A stretch of 50,464 nucleotides of DNA, from NCBI GenBank assembly GCA_947477055.1, contig CANJSX010000001.1:1-50464 (forward strand), written 5' to 3'. Origin of the DNA: Sphingomonadaceae bacterium. GTDB taxonomy: Bacteria; Pseudomonadota; Alphaproteobacteria; Sphingomonadales; Sphingomonadaceae. Position numbers and translations under genes: made by a program. Positions 9,526 through 18,936 of this stretch are shown one piece after another. The notes under the pieces are model-generated. The model saw only the letters and a program-made list of their open reading frames with translations. It was not told where the DNA came from and searched no databases. How positions within the stretch are numbered: the stretch's first letter is position 1; each line of letters opens with the position of its first letter.

Positions 9526-10284
9526 ATGAGCAACACACCCGGCCCGGCCCGCAACCGCCTCCGCAACGCAACTGTCGCAGCGATCATTGCGCTGATCGGC
9601 GGTGGTGCCGGGTGGCTGATCGGTTCGGACAGCCTGAACCAGAGCGCTATGCCAAGCGGCGACAAGGCCGCGATCGAGCAGGTGGTGCGCAATTACATTC
9701 TCGAACACCCCGAGATCCTGCCCGAAGCCATGGAGCGGTTGCGCTCGCGCGAAGATGCCAAGGCGCTGGCCGGCGTTGCCGATGTCGTGAAAACGCCCTT
9801 CCCCGGGGCAATACTTGGCAACCCGGAAGGCAAGGTCACGCTGGTCGAATTCACTGACTTCGCCTGCACCTACTGCCGCCAGAGCGTGGCCGATGTGGAG
9901 GCGCTGATCGCCGCCAATCCGGAGCTCAAGGTGGTGATCCGCGAGCTGCCGATCCTCAGCCCGCAAAGCGCCGATGCCGCGCGCATGGCCCTCGCGGCGG
10001 CCGAACAGGGCCGCTACCTCGCCTTCCATCGCGCGATGTTCGCGATTGGCCGGCCCGATGCGCAGACCATCGCCGCCGCCGCCCGGCAGGCCGGGCTCGA
10101 CATGGAGCGCGCCAACCGCTTCATCGCCGATCCCAAGGTCGCGGCGGAGATCAATCGCAATCTCGAACTTGCCCGCCAGCTCGGCTTCTCCGGCACCCCG
10201 GCATGGGTAGCCGGTGACAAGATGCTTTCGGGCGCCGTCGGCCAGGCGCAATTGGCGCAGGCGATCAACGAGGCCGAAGGTTGA
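9526..10284 (+). CDS. DsbA-family (ScsC/Com1-like) thiol-disulfide oxidoreductase
   Basis: VRNYILEHPEIL N-helix, EFTDFACTYC CxxC, ELPIL, GTP cis-Pro motif. Confidence 0.9.
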   Translation: MSNTPGPARNRLRNATVAAIIALIGGGAGWLIGSDSLNQSAMPSGDKAAIEQVVRNYILEHPEILPEAMERLRSREDAKALAGVADVVKTPFPGAILGNPEGKVTLVEFTDFACTYCRQSVADVEALIAANPELKVVIRELPILSPQSADAARMALAAAEQGRYLAFHRAMFAIGRPDAQTIAAAARQAGLDMERANRFIADPKVAAEINRNLELARQLGFSGTPAWVAGDKMLSGAVGQAQLAQAINEAEG

Positions 10285-11189
10285 TCAGCCGCAGCGGGCG
10301 GGTCCTGTGCGGCCTCGCCTTGATGCTAGCTATCCCACCGGCCCACGCGGATGACATGCGCGCAGCGATGGCAACGCTGGAAGCGCAGGACACCCGCTTC
10401 CAGACCATCGCCTGGAAACTGGCCAGCGCCAACGCACCCTTTTGCGCCGACTCCGCACCTTCCGCCGGGTTGCTGCTCTACGATATCCGCAATTTCGCCG
10501 ATTCCGGGGATGTGCGTGCGGCGCTGGGCATCGCCGGGGAGATTGCGGTGGGCGCGGTGGCGCAGGATTCGTCGGCTGCAGACGCGGGCCTACACGCAGG
10601 AGACGAGGTGCTCGCACTGGACGGACAGACGATGGCCGGTCAGCCCTCCGCTGCCGAGGGCGACACCATGCGGGTCGACGGATTGCATGACCGCATCGAT
10701 GCGGCACTGACCCGCGACGGTCAGGTAACGTTGGCCCTGCCCGACCGGCTGGTGACGGTGCGCGGCATACCCGCCTGCCGGGCACGGTTCGAGCTGGTGA
10801 CCGGCGGCGAAGTAGCGCAAGCGGATGGACGCCGGGTCCAGGTTTCGGCTTCCGCGCTCGACGAGATCACCGACGACGCCGTGCTCGCTGCGCTGCTCGC
10901 GCACGAACTGGCGCATCAGGTGCTCGGCCATGCCCGCCGATTCGAAGCGAGTGGCCGCTCGCGCGCGGCGATTCGCGCGAGTGAGCGCGAGGCGGACCGG
11001 CTCACGCCCTGGCTGCTGGTCAATGCCGGCTATGAACCATCCGCCGCGCTGCGCTGGATCGACGGATGGGTCAGGCGCCGCGATTGGGGGGTTCTGGGCG
11101 ACGGAACCCATGACAGCCTTCGCGCCCGCAAGGCCTTGGTCGAGCTCGAACTGGCCGCAATCACTGCCCGCCGCGCGGCCGGAGAGTAA
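10281..11189 (+). CDS. PDZ-containing M48-like peptidase
   Basis: TTG start, signal peptide, PDZ motif SSAADAGLHAGDEVLALDG, HELAH and EREAD. Confidence 0.75.
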   Translation: MISRSGRVLCGLALMLAIPPAHADDMRAAMATLEAQDTRFQTIAWKLASANAPFCADSAPSAGLLLYDIRNFADSGDVRAALGIAGEIAVGAVAQDSSAADAGLHAGDEVLALDGQTMAGQPSAAEGDTMRVDGLHDRIDAALTRDGQVTLALPDRLVTVRGIPACRARFELVTGGEVAQADGRRVQVSASALDEITDDAVLAALLAHELAHQVLGHARRFEASGRSRAAIRASEREADRLTPWLLVNAGYEPSAALRWIDGWVRRRDWGVLGDGTHDSLRARKALVELELAAITARRAAGE

Positions 11190-11210
11190 GGCCCGCTCGA
11201 CTGGCGCGGC

Positions 11211-11795
11211 CTATTCGGTGAAGCGGCTAAAGGGGCTGTTCACTGGCCGTGACATGACCCGCCGCAGCGTCGGTTCGAAGAAGACCAGCGGCTCGGATTG
11301 ATAATCGGCATCGAAGGCGTTCTGATCGTATTTCTCGCAGAATTCAGCGCAGGCTGCGAAGTGTGGATGATCGCGCCAGGTCTCGCGCATGTCGCGATCA
11401 AGGCCGACATGCTGGAAGTAGTAATAGCCCTGAAAGATGCCGTGCTTGGCAGCGATCCAGTGCAGCTCCTCCGACACGAAGGGCTGGAGAATCGCGGCAG
11501 CGATCTCGGAATGGTTGAAGGTGCCGAGCGTATCGCCAATGTCGTGGAGCAGCGCCATGACCACATAGGGCTCGTCGCGTCCGTCGCGATGGGCCCGGGT
11601 CGCGCATTGCAGACAATGTTCGAGCCGATCGACCGGGAAGCCGCCGTAATCCCCCTCCAGCAGCCGGAGGTGCTTTAGCACCCGGTCCGGCAGATGCCGG
11701 GCATATTCAAGGAACTGTTCGCCGATCAGCGCCCAGTCCGATGCAGTGCTGGCCGTGATCGCGCGAAATTCAGCGCGCGGCGCGTCTCGCTCCAT
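11211..11795 (-). CDS. HD-domain metalloprotein (PhnZ-like subfamily)
   Basis: EHCLQCATRA...ALLHDIGD...NHSE...HGIFQGYYY...YDQ. Start taken at ATG 11795. Confidence 0.85.
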   Translation of the reverse strand: MERDAPRAEFRAITASTASDWALIGEQFLEYARHLPDRVLKHLRLLEGDYGGFPVDRLEHCLQCATRAHRDGRDEPYVVMALLHDIGDTLGTFNHSEIAAAILQPFVSEELHWIAAKHGIFQGYYYFQHVGLDRDMRETWRDHPHFAACAEFCEKYDQNAFDADYQSEPLVFFEPTLRRVMSRPVNSPFSRFTE

Positions 11796-11897
11796 GGCCC
11801 GACTCCCCAGGCTCCTCCAGAGCGAAGCCTGCGCTTGCAAAAATCAGACGCAAGCATTTCGCTTCCCCCGAAACGGGACAAGCACTAATATCCACCC

Positions 11898-13061
11898 ATG
11901 GCCGTGCTGCCCTTCCGCCCCACCCCCTTCTTCGCCAACAAGAACAAGGCCTTCTGGCGGCTGCAAGGCGTCGGCTGGGGCGGGGCGCTGCTGCTGCGCG
12001 CGCTCTCAAACTTTGCCAACGCCCAGCCTGCCTCGATCCTCGTGCTGGCGCTGATTTCCTCGATCACCGGCTTTTCGATCTCGCTGATCCTGTCGGTCGC
12101 CTTCCGCCAGCTGATCGCGCGGCGCGCGCTGGTCACCTGGCTGGTGACAGTGCTGCTGCTGCCGCTGGCGGTGGGGCTCTATGCTTTCATTGATGCCTGG
12201 GTGATCGGCCTCTACCGGCCAGACAGCGGCACCAGCTTCGCCCAGCTGCTGATCGGCGTGTTCTATCTCGACCTGACGCTGCTCGGCGCCTGGGCCGCGC
12301 TCTATTACGCGATCAATTTCTACCTGCAGATCGAGGAGCAGAACGACCAGCTGATCCGGCTGGAAAACCAGGCAACCAGCGCGCAGCTGGCGATGCTGCG
12401 CTACCAGCTCAATCCGCACTTCCTGTTCAACACGCTCAACTCGATCTCCACCCTGGTGCTGCTCAAGCAGACCGAGCCGGCCAATGCGATGCTCAGCCGG
12501 CTCTCATCGTTCCTGCGCTACACGCTGATCAACGAGCCGACCGGGCGGGTCACTGTCGCGCAGGAGGTGGAGACGCTCAAACTCTACCTCGGGATCGAGC
12601 TGATGCGGTTCGAGGAACGGCTGCGCACCTCCTTCCGGATCGATCCGGCGACCGAGGATGCGCTGCTGCCTTCGCTGCTGCTCCAGCCGTTGGTCGAAAA
12701 CGCGATCAAATATGCCGTCAGCCCACAGGAAAGCGGGGCCGAGATCACCATCACGACGCAGCTCGTCGGGCCAAACCTTCGCATCACCGTCTCCGACACC
12801 GGTCCGGGATTGCAAACCGACGCCAGCGACAACAGATTGTCAGGCGTGAGCTTCGACGGCGGAGAACCCGTATCCACCGGCGTGGGCTTGGCCAACATCC
12901 GCGATCGGCTGGCCCAGGCCTATGGCGAGGAGCACCGCTTCGACACGGTCGGCGCGCCCGAGGGCGGGTTCGCCGTGATCATAGAGATACCTTACGAGCG
13001 CCGAGAACTCTCCGCCGGCGCTCTTCCCTCCCCGGCCCGGCCCCTTGCCACCGCGGGCTGA
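11898..13061 (+). CDS. LytS/YehU-family sensor histidine kinase
   Basis: Four TM helices, LRYQLNPHFLFNTLN, LLQPLVENAIKY, DTGPG, TGVGLANIRDRL. Confidence 0.93.
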   Translation: MAVLPFRPTPFFANKNKAFWRLQGVGWGGALLLRALSNFANAQPASILVLALISSITGFSISLILSVAFRQLIARRALVTWLVTVLLLPLAVGLYAFIDAWVIGLYRPDSGTSFAQLLIGVFYLDLTLLGAWAALYYAINFYLQIEEQNDQLIRLENQATSAQLAMLRYQLNPHFLFNTLNSISTLVLLKQTEPANAMLSRLSSFLRYTLINEPTGRVTVAQEVETLKLYLGIELMRFEERLRTSFRIDPATEDALLPSLLLQPLVENAIKYAVSPQESGAEITITTQLVGPNLRITVSDTGPGLQTDASDNRLSGVSFDGGEPVSTGVGLANIRDRLAQAYGEEHRFDTVGAPEGGFAVIIEIPYERRELSAGALPSPARPLATAG

Positions 13062-13076
13062 CAGGATAGCAAGAGC

Positions 13077-13874
13077 ATGACCATCCGCACCATCCTTGTC
13101 GATGACGAGAAACTGGCGATCCAGGGGTTGCAGCTGCGCCTGCAGAAATTCCCTGATGTCGAGATCATCGATACCTGCTCGAACGGGCGCGAGGCAATCC
13201 GCAAGATCAAGACCGAAAAGCCCGACCTCGTCTTCCTCGACATCCAGATGCCCGGCTTTGACGGCTTCTCGGTGGTCAAGGGGGTGATGGAACTCGAGCC
13301 GCCGCTGTTCGTCTTCGTCACCGCCTATCAGGAACATGCGGTGCGCGCCTTCGAGGCCAATGCCATCAACTATCTTATGAAGCCGGTCGACGAGGACAAG
13401 CTCGCCGACACGCTTGAGCGGGTCCGCACCCGGATCGCCGAGAAGCGCTCGTCCGAGGAGGCGGAAAAGCTCAAGATCGTCCTCGCCGAAGTCGCCCCCG
13501 AGGCGATGGAAGCGATGCCCGACGAAGCCGACACCGGCACCGGCCGCTTCGAAAAGCTCATCAACATCAAGGATCGCGGCCAGATCTTCCGCGTCGATGT
13601 CGAGTCGATCGAATATGTCGAGGCGGCGGGCGACTACATGTGCATCTACACCGGCGACAACAGCTACATCCTGCGCGAGACGATGAAGGATCTCGAGCGC
13701 CGGCTCGATCCGCGCGCCTTCCAGCGCGTCCACCGCTCGACCATCGTCAATCTCGACAAGGTCCGGCAGGTCAAGCCGCACACCAATGGCGAGTGTTTCC
13801 TCGTGCTCGAATCCGGCGGGCAGCTGAAGGTCAGCCGCTCCTATCGCGATGTGGTCGCGCGCTTCGTGCACTGA
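13077..13874 (+). CDS. LytTR-family response regulator
   Basis: REC domain (VDDE, FLDIQMP, YLMKP) and LytTR domain (FQRVHRSTIVN, VSRSY). Confidence 0.95.
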   Translation: MTIRTILVDDEKLAIQGLQLRLQKFPDVEIIDTCSNGREAIRKIKTEKPDLVFLDIQMPGFDGFSVVKGVMELEPPLFVFVTAYQEHAVRAFEANAINYLMKPVDEDKLADTLERVRTRIAEKRSSEEAEKLKIVLAEVAPEAMEAMPDEADTGTGRFEKLINIKDRGQIFRVDVESIEYVEAAGDYMCIYTGDNSYILRETMKDLERRLDPRAFQRVHRSTIVNLDKVRQVKPHTNGECFLVLESGGQLKVSRSYRDVVARFVH

Positions 13875-13911
13875 CCTTGCGTTCGGCGCCGAACTTGGCG
13901 AGACAGCGGCC

Positions 13912-14787
13912 ATGACCGCTTTCACGCTCTCTGCCTTCGATCTGGCCGGCTTCGACCTGCCCGCCTTCATCCGCGCCACGCTGGACGAGGACCTCGGTGT
14001 GGGCCTGCCCGGCGGCGGGCATGATGTGACCTCGGAAAGCGTGATCCCGGCCGATTCGCGCTTTTCGGGCGTGATGGACAGCCGCAATGCGATCACCGTC
14101 GCCGGCCTGCCGATCGCCGCCGCCTTCTTCCGCGCGCTCGACCCTGCGATGGAGATTACGATCATGGTTGAGGAAGGCGCGCAGGTCCCCGCCGGATCGG
14201 ACCTGATGCGCCTCACCGGCAATGCCCGCGCCATGCTCACCGCCGAGCGCAGTGCGCTCAACACGGTCCAGCACCTCTCCGGCATCGCCACGCTAACCCG
14301 CTCCTATGTCGACGCTATGCAGGGCCAGGCCACACTGCTCGATACCCGCAAGACCATCCCGGGCCTGCGCCATCTTGAAAAATACGCGACCCGCATGGGC
14401 GGGGCGCAGAACCACCGCATGGGCCTGTGGGACGCGGCGATGATCAAGGACAACCACGTCGCGGTCGCCGGCGGAGTCGGCGAGGCGGTGCGCCGGGCGC
14501 GCGCGGCCGGAGTAAAGGACATTATCTGCGAGGTCGACAGCCTCGCCCAGATCGAACCCGCGCTGGCTGCAGGAGCGAGCCATCTGCTGCTCGACAACAT
14601 GTCGCTGGACGAACTGCGCGAGAGCGTGGCGCTGATTGCCGGGCGCGTGCCGAGCGAGGCTTCGGGAGGCGTGCGGCTCGACACCATCGCCGCAATCGCC
14701 GCGACCGGCGTCACCTACGTCTCGGTCGGTCGCCTCACCCAGAGCGCCCCGGCAGCGGACATCGGGCTGGATTTCACGCCGCTCTAA
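13912..14787 (+). CDS. nadC: Nicotinate-nucleotide diphosphorylase (carboxylating)
   Basis: ERSALN, DTRKTIPGLR, NHRMGL, IKDNH, LLDNM, EASGG, SVGRLT. Confidence 0.96.
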   Translation: MTAFTLSAFDLAGFDLPAFIRATLDEDLGVGLPGGGHDVTSESVIPADSRFSGVMDSRNAITVAGLPIAAAFFRALDPAMEITIMVEEGAQVPAGSDLMRLTGNARAMLTAERSALNTVQHLSGIATLTRSYVDAMQGQATLLDTRKTIPGLRHLEKYATRMGGAQNHRMGLWDAAMIKDNHVAVAGGVGEAVRRARAAGVKDIICEVDSLAQIEPALAAGASHLLLDNMSLDELRESVALIAGRVPSEASGGVRLDTIAAIAATGVTYVSVGRLTQSAPAADIGLDFTPL

Positions 14788-15482
14788 TGTTGCGACTGTC
14801 TCTCGCCGCGTTAGCGCTTCTTCCCGGCACTGCCCTCGCCCAGGCATACCACTGCCGCGCTCCCGAGCGCTTCGAGGTTCCGGGCGCCTTCACTCCGGAC
14901 GGGCCGCGTCAGGCCGTTCCGGTTGCCTCCTATTCGCTCGCGGTCAGCTGGTCGCCCGAGTGGTGCCGCAGCCATCCGGATGACCGGAGCATGCAGTGCA
15001 ACGCCTCCAGCGGGCGGTTCGGCTTCATCCTGCATGGCCTCTGGCCCGAGGGGCAGTTCGGCGCAGCGCCGCAGTGGTGCTCGGTGCACCCTGTGCCTGA
15101 CGCCCGGACGCTGCGCGAGCATCTGTGCATGACGCCCAATGCGCGGCTGCTGGCGCATGAATGGGTCAAGCACGGCAGCTGCTTGGCCCCGACCCCGCAG
15201 GCTTATTTTCGCTAGGCCTCGATCCTGTGGCGCTCGCTCCGCTGGCCCGACGCCGATGCCCTCTCGCGCCGCGAAGGGCTGACGGTAGGCGAGTTGCGCG
15301 CCGCCTTCCTTTCCATCAATCCGGACTGGCGGGCCGACCAACTGGCGGTGAACACCAGTCGCACTGGCTGGCTCACCGAAGTGCGCCTGTGCTACCGGCG
15401 CGACTTCATGCCCGGCCCCTGTCCGCGCGGCCGACGCGGTGCGCGCGATAAGGCCCCGCTGAAGATCTGGCGCGGATTCTAG
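14787..15482 (+). pseudogene. Ribonuclease T2 family protein interrupted by in-frame TAG at 15213-15215
   Basis: Signal peptide, SWSPEWC, FILHGLWP (CAS I), HEWVKHGSC (CAS II). The frame continues past the TAG to LTEVRLCY and a stop at 15482. Confidence 0.85.
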
Positions 15483-15934
15483 CGTCGTTCGCGAAAGAAG
15501 CTGCGCAGCAACTCGCCGGCTTCGGCCTCGCCCATGCCAGAATAGACCTCGGGCTTGTGCAGGCACTGCTCGTGCTCGAACACCCGCGCGCCGTGGTCGA
15601 CTGCCCCACCCTTGGGATCGGCTGCAGCGTAATAGAGCCGCGCGATCCGGGCATGGCTGATCGCACCGGCGCACATCGGGCAAGGTTCAAGCGTGACCCA
15701 TAGCTCGCAGCCATCCAGCCGCTCGTTGCCCAGGGCCTGTGCAGCGGCGCGAATCGCCAGCACTTCGGCATGGGCGGTCGGATCGTTGAGCCCGCGCGGG
15801 GCATTATGCGCACTGGCGATCACCGCGCCATCCTTGACGATTACTGCGCCGATCGGCACCTCACCAGCAGCGCCGCCACGGCGTGCTTCGGCCAGCGCTT
15901 GCGCCATCGGCTCGGGAAGTGGCCAGCGGTTCAT
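15479..15934 (-). CDS. tadA: tRNA adenosine(34) deaminase
   Basis: GEVPIGAV, DPTAHAE, TLEPCPMCAGA, DPKGG, LRSFF. Confidence 0.93.
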   Translation of the reverse strand: MNRWPLPEPMAQALAEARRGGAAGEVPIGAVIVKDGAVIASAHNAPRGLNDPTAHAEVLAIRAAAQALGNERLDGCELWVTLEPCPMCAGAISHARIARLYYAAADPKGGAVDHGARVFEHEQCLHKPEVYSGMGEAEAGELLRSFFRERR

Positions 15935-16032
15935 CGCCGGGGAGTGGCCGGATCACCTTGACCTTTCAAGGGTGAATCGCTATGGGCGCGCCTTCTCCCG
16001 GCAACGGCAGCAATTTTGAAGCGAGTTTACCT

Positions 16033-16317
16033 ATGTCCCGTATCTGCGAACTGACTGGCAAGGGCCGCCAGGTCGGCAACAATGTCAGCCACGCCAACAA
16101 CAAGACCAAGCGCGTCTTCCTGCCCAACCTGCAGAACGTCACGCTGCTCTCGGACGGGCTGGACCGCAGCTTCAAGTTCCGCGTCTCGACGAACGGCCTG
16201 CGTTCGGTCGAACATGTCGGCGGGCTCGACAACTGGCTGCTCAAGACCAGCGACGACGATTTGTCGGAGCGCGCGGTCAAGGTGAAGCGCGAGCTGGAGA
16301 AGAAGCAGGCCGCCTGA
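16033..16317 (+). CDS. rpmB: 50S ribosomal protein L28
   Basis: [34 protein letters not shown]. Confidence 0.98.
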   Translation: MSRICELTGKGRQVGNNVSHANNKTKRVFLPNLQNVTLLSDGLDRSFKFRVSTNGLRSVEHVGGLDNWLLKTSDDDLSERAVKVKRELEKKQAA

Positions 16318-16357
16318 TCCACCAGCGCCTGCGGGTGCTGTCCTTCAGCTGAATTTC

Positions 16358-16391
16358 GAAAGGCGCGCGGGAGCAATCTTGCGCGCCTTTC
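16358..16391. terminator. Probable bidirectional terminator hairpin
   Basis: GAAAGGCGCGCGGGA-GCAA-TCTTGCGCGCCTTTC (GNRA loop) between convergent genes. Confidence 0.75.
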
Positions 16392-17382
16392 AGCGTCTGG
16401 GGGGCAGGTCTTTCGGATCGAGCACAAGCCGCCACAGCAGCGTGCGCTGGAACGCCGCGCTGTTGTCGTCGGAGATCAGCCAGACATCGAGTTTGCCGTC
16501 GCCGCGCGGAACGATGGCCATGCCTTCGAAATTGTCACGCGGGAGCGGGTCCTCGATTCGGGCCAGCGTTACGCCCGCCCAGAGCTTGCCCGGAACGATC
16601 TCCGCCGGATCGGCGAGGACGATCCGGCCGGCGAAGCGAATCGGCACCGGCCAGGTCATCTGCCGCATCAGAATCAGCACCCGCCCGTCCGGCAGCGCAG
16701 CCATGTCGGTCGGCCGGAACCCGTCGGCGCCGGCGAAGGTGAAAGGCTGGGGGTGCGAACCGGTCACCGGATCGGCGGCAAAGATCAGCCCGTCGTGCAG
16801 TCGCCAGTCTCGCCAGCTGGAAAAGGCCTCATGCAGCACGATGAAGCGACCGTCCGCTAGGCGCACCATGGCTTCCGGCCCGAGGTTTTGCGACCAGCCG
16901 CGCATCGCGCCGGGCCTGGCCATGCCGGTACGGGCGAAATCGGGGCCGTGCCGGGAAATAGTGTTGCTCAATTCCCAGCCGAACCACAACGTCCCGGTCG
17001 TGGGATCGCGGGTGGCGAATTCGACGTCCCGGCCAAAGCGGCGGTCATAGGGATTGACCGGGAGGGCCCGGAGCTGCGGAGTACCCCCGCTACCGGGGAG
17101 GGGGAGTTCCATCAGATTGGCACCGTCGCTGATGGCGAGGAGCTTGTCCTGCGCAATCGGCAGCAGCGCCGAGTAACCGCCGAAACCTTCCTTGGGGCCT
17201 TGAATCCACCAGGCGCCGGCAAGGGTGAAGGGACCGAGCAGCGATCCGCCGCGCGCTTCGGGTGGTAACGCCAGCGGGTGCAGGACAACGCTCGAGCGGC
17301 CTGTGCCCACTCGCGGCGCATCGCGCCACAGCACCCCCGGGATGATCGCCAGGAGCAGCAGGAGAGCGAAGAGCCGGCGCAT
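16390..17382 (-). CDS. Esterase-like activity of phytase family protein
   Basis: FGGYSAL, AISD, GPEAM, DNFEG, LISDDN..FQRTLL motifs and a signal/TM segment. Start is 17382 or 17406. Confidence 0.85.
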   Translation of the reverse strand: MRRLFALLLLLAIIPGVLWRDAPRVGTGRSSVVLHPLALPPEARGGSLLGPFTLAGAWWIQGPKEGFGGYSALLPIAQDKLLAISDGANLMELPLPGSGGTPQLRALPVNPYDRRFGRDVEFATRDPTTGTLWFGWELSNTISRHGPDFARTGMARPGAMRGWSQNLGPEAMVRLADGRFIVLHEAFSSWRDWRLHDGLIFAADPVTGSHPQPFTFAGADGFRPTDMAALPDGRVLILMRQMTWPVPIRFAGRIVLADPAEIVPGKLWAGVTLARIEDPLPRDNFEGMAIVPRGDGKLDVWLISDDNSAAFQRTLLWRLVLDPKDLPPRR

Positions 17383-17402
17383 GAAGTAGGCGACGGTCAG
17401 TT

Positions 17403-18860
17403 TCATGTCTGAGCGAAATACGCCTGGCTGAACGGCAACAGAAAACGATGAAACGGCTTGGCCGAACCAATCGCATTGCGGTTTATCTTTTCACGGACCT
17501 GGGCGACGCTTGCGGTCGTCACGGTGCGCTGCGTGAGTTGCGGGTCGAGCACGGCCGGCTCGAAGGCAAGACCGCAGAAATCGAGCATCGAAGTGATGAC
17601 GCGCTCCGGATCGCTCACCAGATCTTCGTAGGGGACGACATGAATGCGCCCCTGCAGGACTTGCCGCCAATGGAAGAAGAGGGCGTCCTCAAGCTTGAAA
17701 TGGTACGCCATTGCCGGAAGCGACCACGACCATTCGAGACCCTGATTGAACCAGTTCCGAAATGCCGACCAGGCACAGTCGACCGGATCTCGGCGGACCC
17801 AGATGATCGGTGCATCCGGGAACAGGCTCGCAATCAGCCCCATTGATCGGCTGGAGTTCAGCGACTTGTCGACGATTCTGCGCTCGCCGGGGAAGCGTTG
17901 CGCAAGCAATCCGTCATAGAGTTGGCGAAGCTCGGCGAGAGTACCGCCGCGATCGGCAAAAGCTTCGAACGCCGGATAGCTCAGCCCGCCCACATCCTGC
18001 TGAACCAGCCGCATCAGTCCGAGTTCCTCGCCATTTTCTATGGCTGAATGGCTCACCAGGATTTGCTCCACAAGCGTCGTCCCGGATCTTGGCAGGCCGG
18101 TAACGAAGATGGGGCGGGAAGCGCCGAGTTGGCTGATTTCCTGCCCAAGCCGGGAAATCACCGGTGGATGCCAGCCTTCCGTCGCCTGCTGTGCCTCATC
18201 GCGATCCCGTTTGAGATCCGCTGGCCGCAATCGGGCCATGATCGCCGCCCCGGCCGCATAGCGGGATGCCGCCTCTTCAACCTGGCCCCGGGCTTCGAGC
18301 AGGCGTGCCAGCGCATATTGCCAGGCGGCCTGCTCAAGCGGCGGCTGGCTCGCGATTGCTTCCTTGTCGGCAAATATGCGCTCTTCATCGTCCGGTTCGA
18401 TATTGCCGATCATCGCTAGCGCCAGCCGCGACTGACCGGATTTCGGACTCGCCTCAAGCGCCTCGCGCAAGGCAAGGCGCGCTTCGGCGAAGCGTCCGAG
18501 ATTGATTGCCATGGTGCCGCGACTGTAGGCATTGGCGTGGGCATCGGGAACGGTCGGCGGGAGTTCCTGCAACAGGGCATAAGCCTGTTCCACCGAGGCC
18601 GTTTGCGCAAGCAGCGCTGCCTTGTCGTATAGCGCGGCCGGATCATTGCCCTGAGCGTCGACATAGCGGTCCATCGCCGCACGGGCGCCGTTGATCTCAC
18701 CATTGTGCTGGAGCAGCGTGGAGATCGCTTTCCACTGGCGGCCGAGCGGCGGACTTGCGGCGACCAGGGAAAGCGCGATGGCGTTACCTTCAGCGCGATC
18801 GTTCTTGCTCAGCGCATCGCGCAAGCGAAGCAATTGGGTGCGGGCCTCGTCGATTTGCAT
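17403..18860 (-). CDS. TPR-repeat sulfotransferase
   Basis: TPR helices, then PIFVTGLPRSGTTLVEQILVSH (PAPS loop), RRDPVDCAWS, YEDLV, TASVAQVRE. Confidence 0.92.
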   Translation of the reverse strand: MQIDEARTQLLRLRDALSKNDRAEGNAIALSLVAASPPLGRQWKAISTLLQHNGEINGARAAMDRYVDAQGNDPAALYDKAALLAQTASVEQAYALLQELPPTVPDAHANAYSRGTMAINLGRFAEARLALREALEASPKSGQSRLALAMIGNIEPDDEERIFADKEAIASQPPLEQAAWQYALARLLEARGQVEEAASRYAAGAAIMARLRPADLKRDRDEAQQATEGWHPPVISRLGQEISQLGASRPIFVTGLPRSGTTLVEQILVSHSAIENGEELGLMRLVQQDVGGLSYPAFEAFADRGGTLAELRQLYDGLLAQRFPGERRIVDKSLNSSRSMGLIASLFPDAPIIWVRRDPVDCAWSAFRNWFNQGLEWSWSLPAMAYHFKLEDALFFHWRQVLQGRIHVVPYEDLVSDPERVITSMLDFCGLAFEPAVLDPQLTQRTVTTASVAQVREKINRNAIGSAKPFHRFLLPFSQAYFAQT

Positions 18861-18874
18861 GCAGGTACCCGTAC

Positions 18875-18909
18875 AAAAACAAAGGGGGGCGGCGCAATGC
18901 CACCCCCCT
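18875..18909 (-). terminator. Rho-independent terminator after the TonB-dependent receptor
   Basis: Minus strand AGGGGGGTGGC-ATTGC-GCCGCCCCCCT followed by TTGTTTTT. Confidence 0.85.
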
Positions 18910-18936
18910 GATTTTCGCCTTTCGGCCGGTTCGGGT

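Noticed and set aside
15213-15215. Amber recoding or pyrrolysine
   Set aside because: TAG is a normal stop for mmcB, DUF2141 and scoB here; no pyl genes are seen; the other lesions are TAA or an indel.
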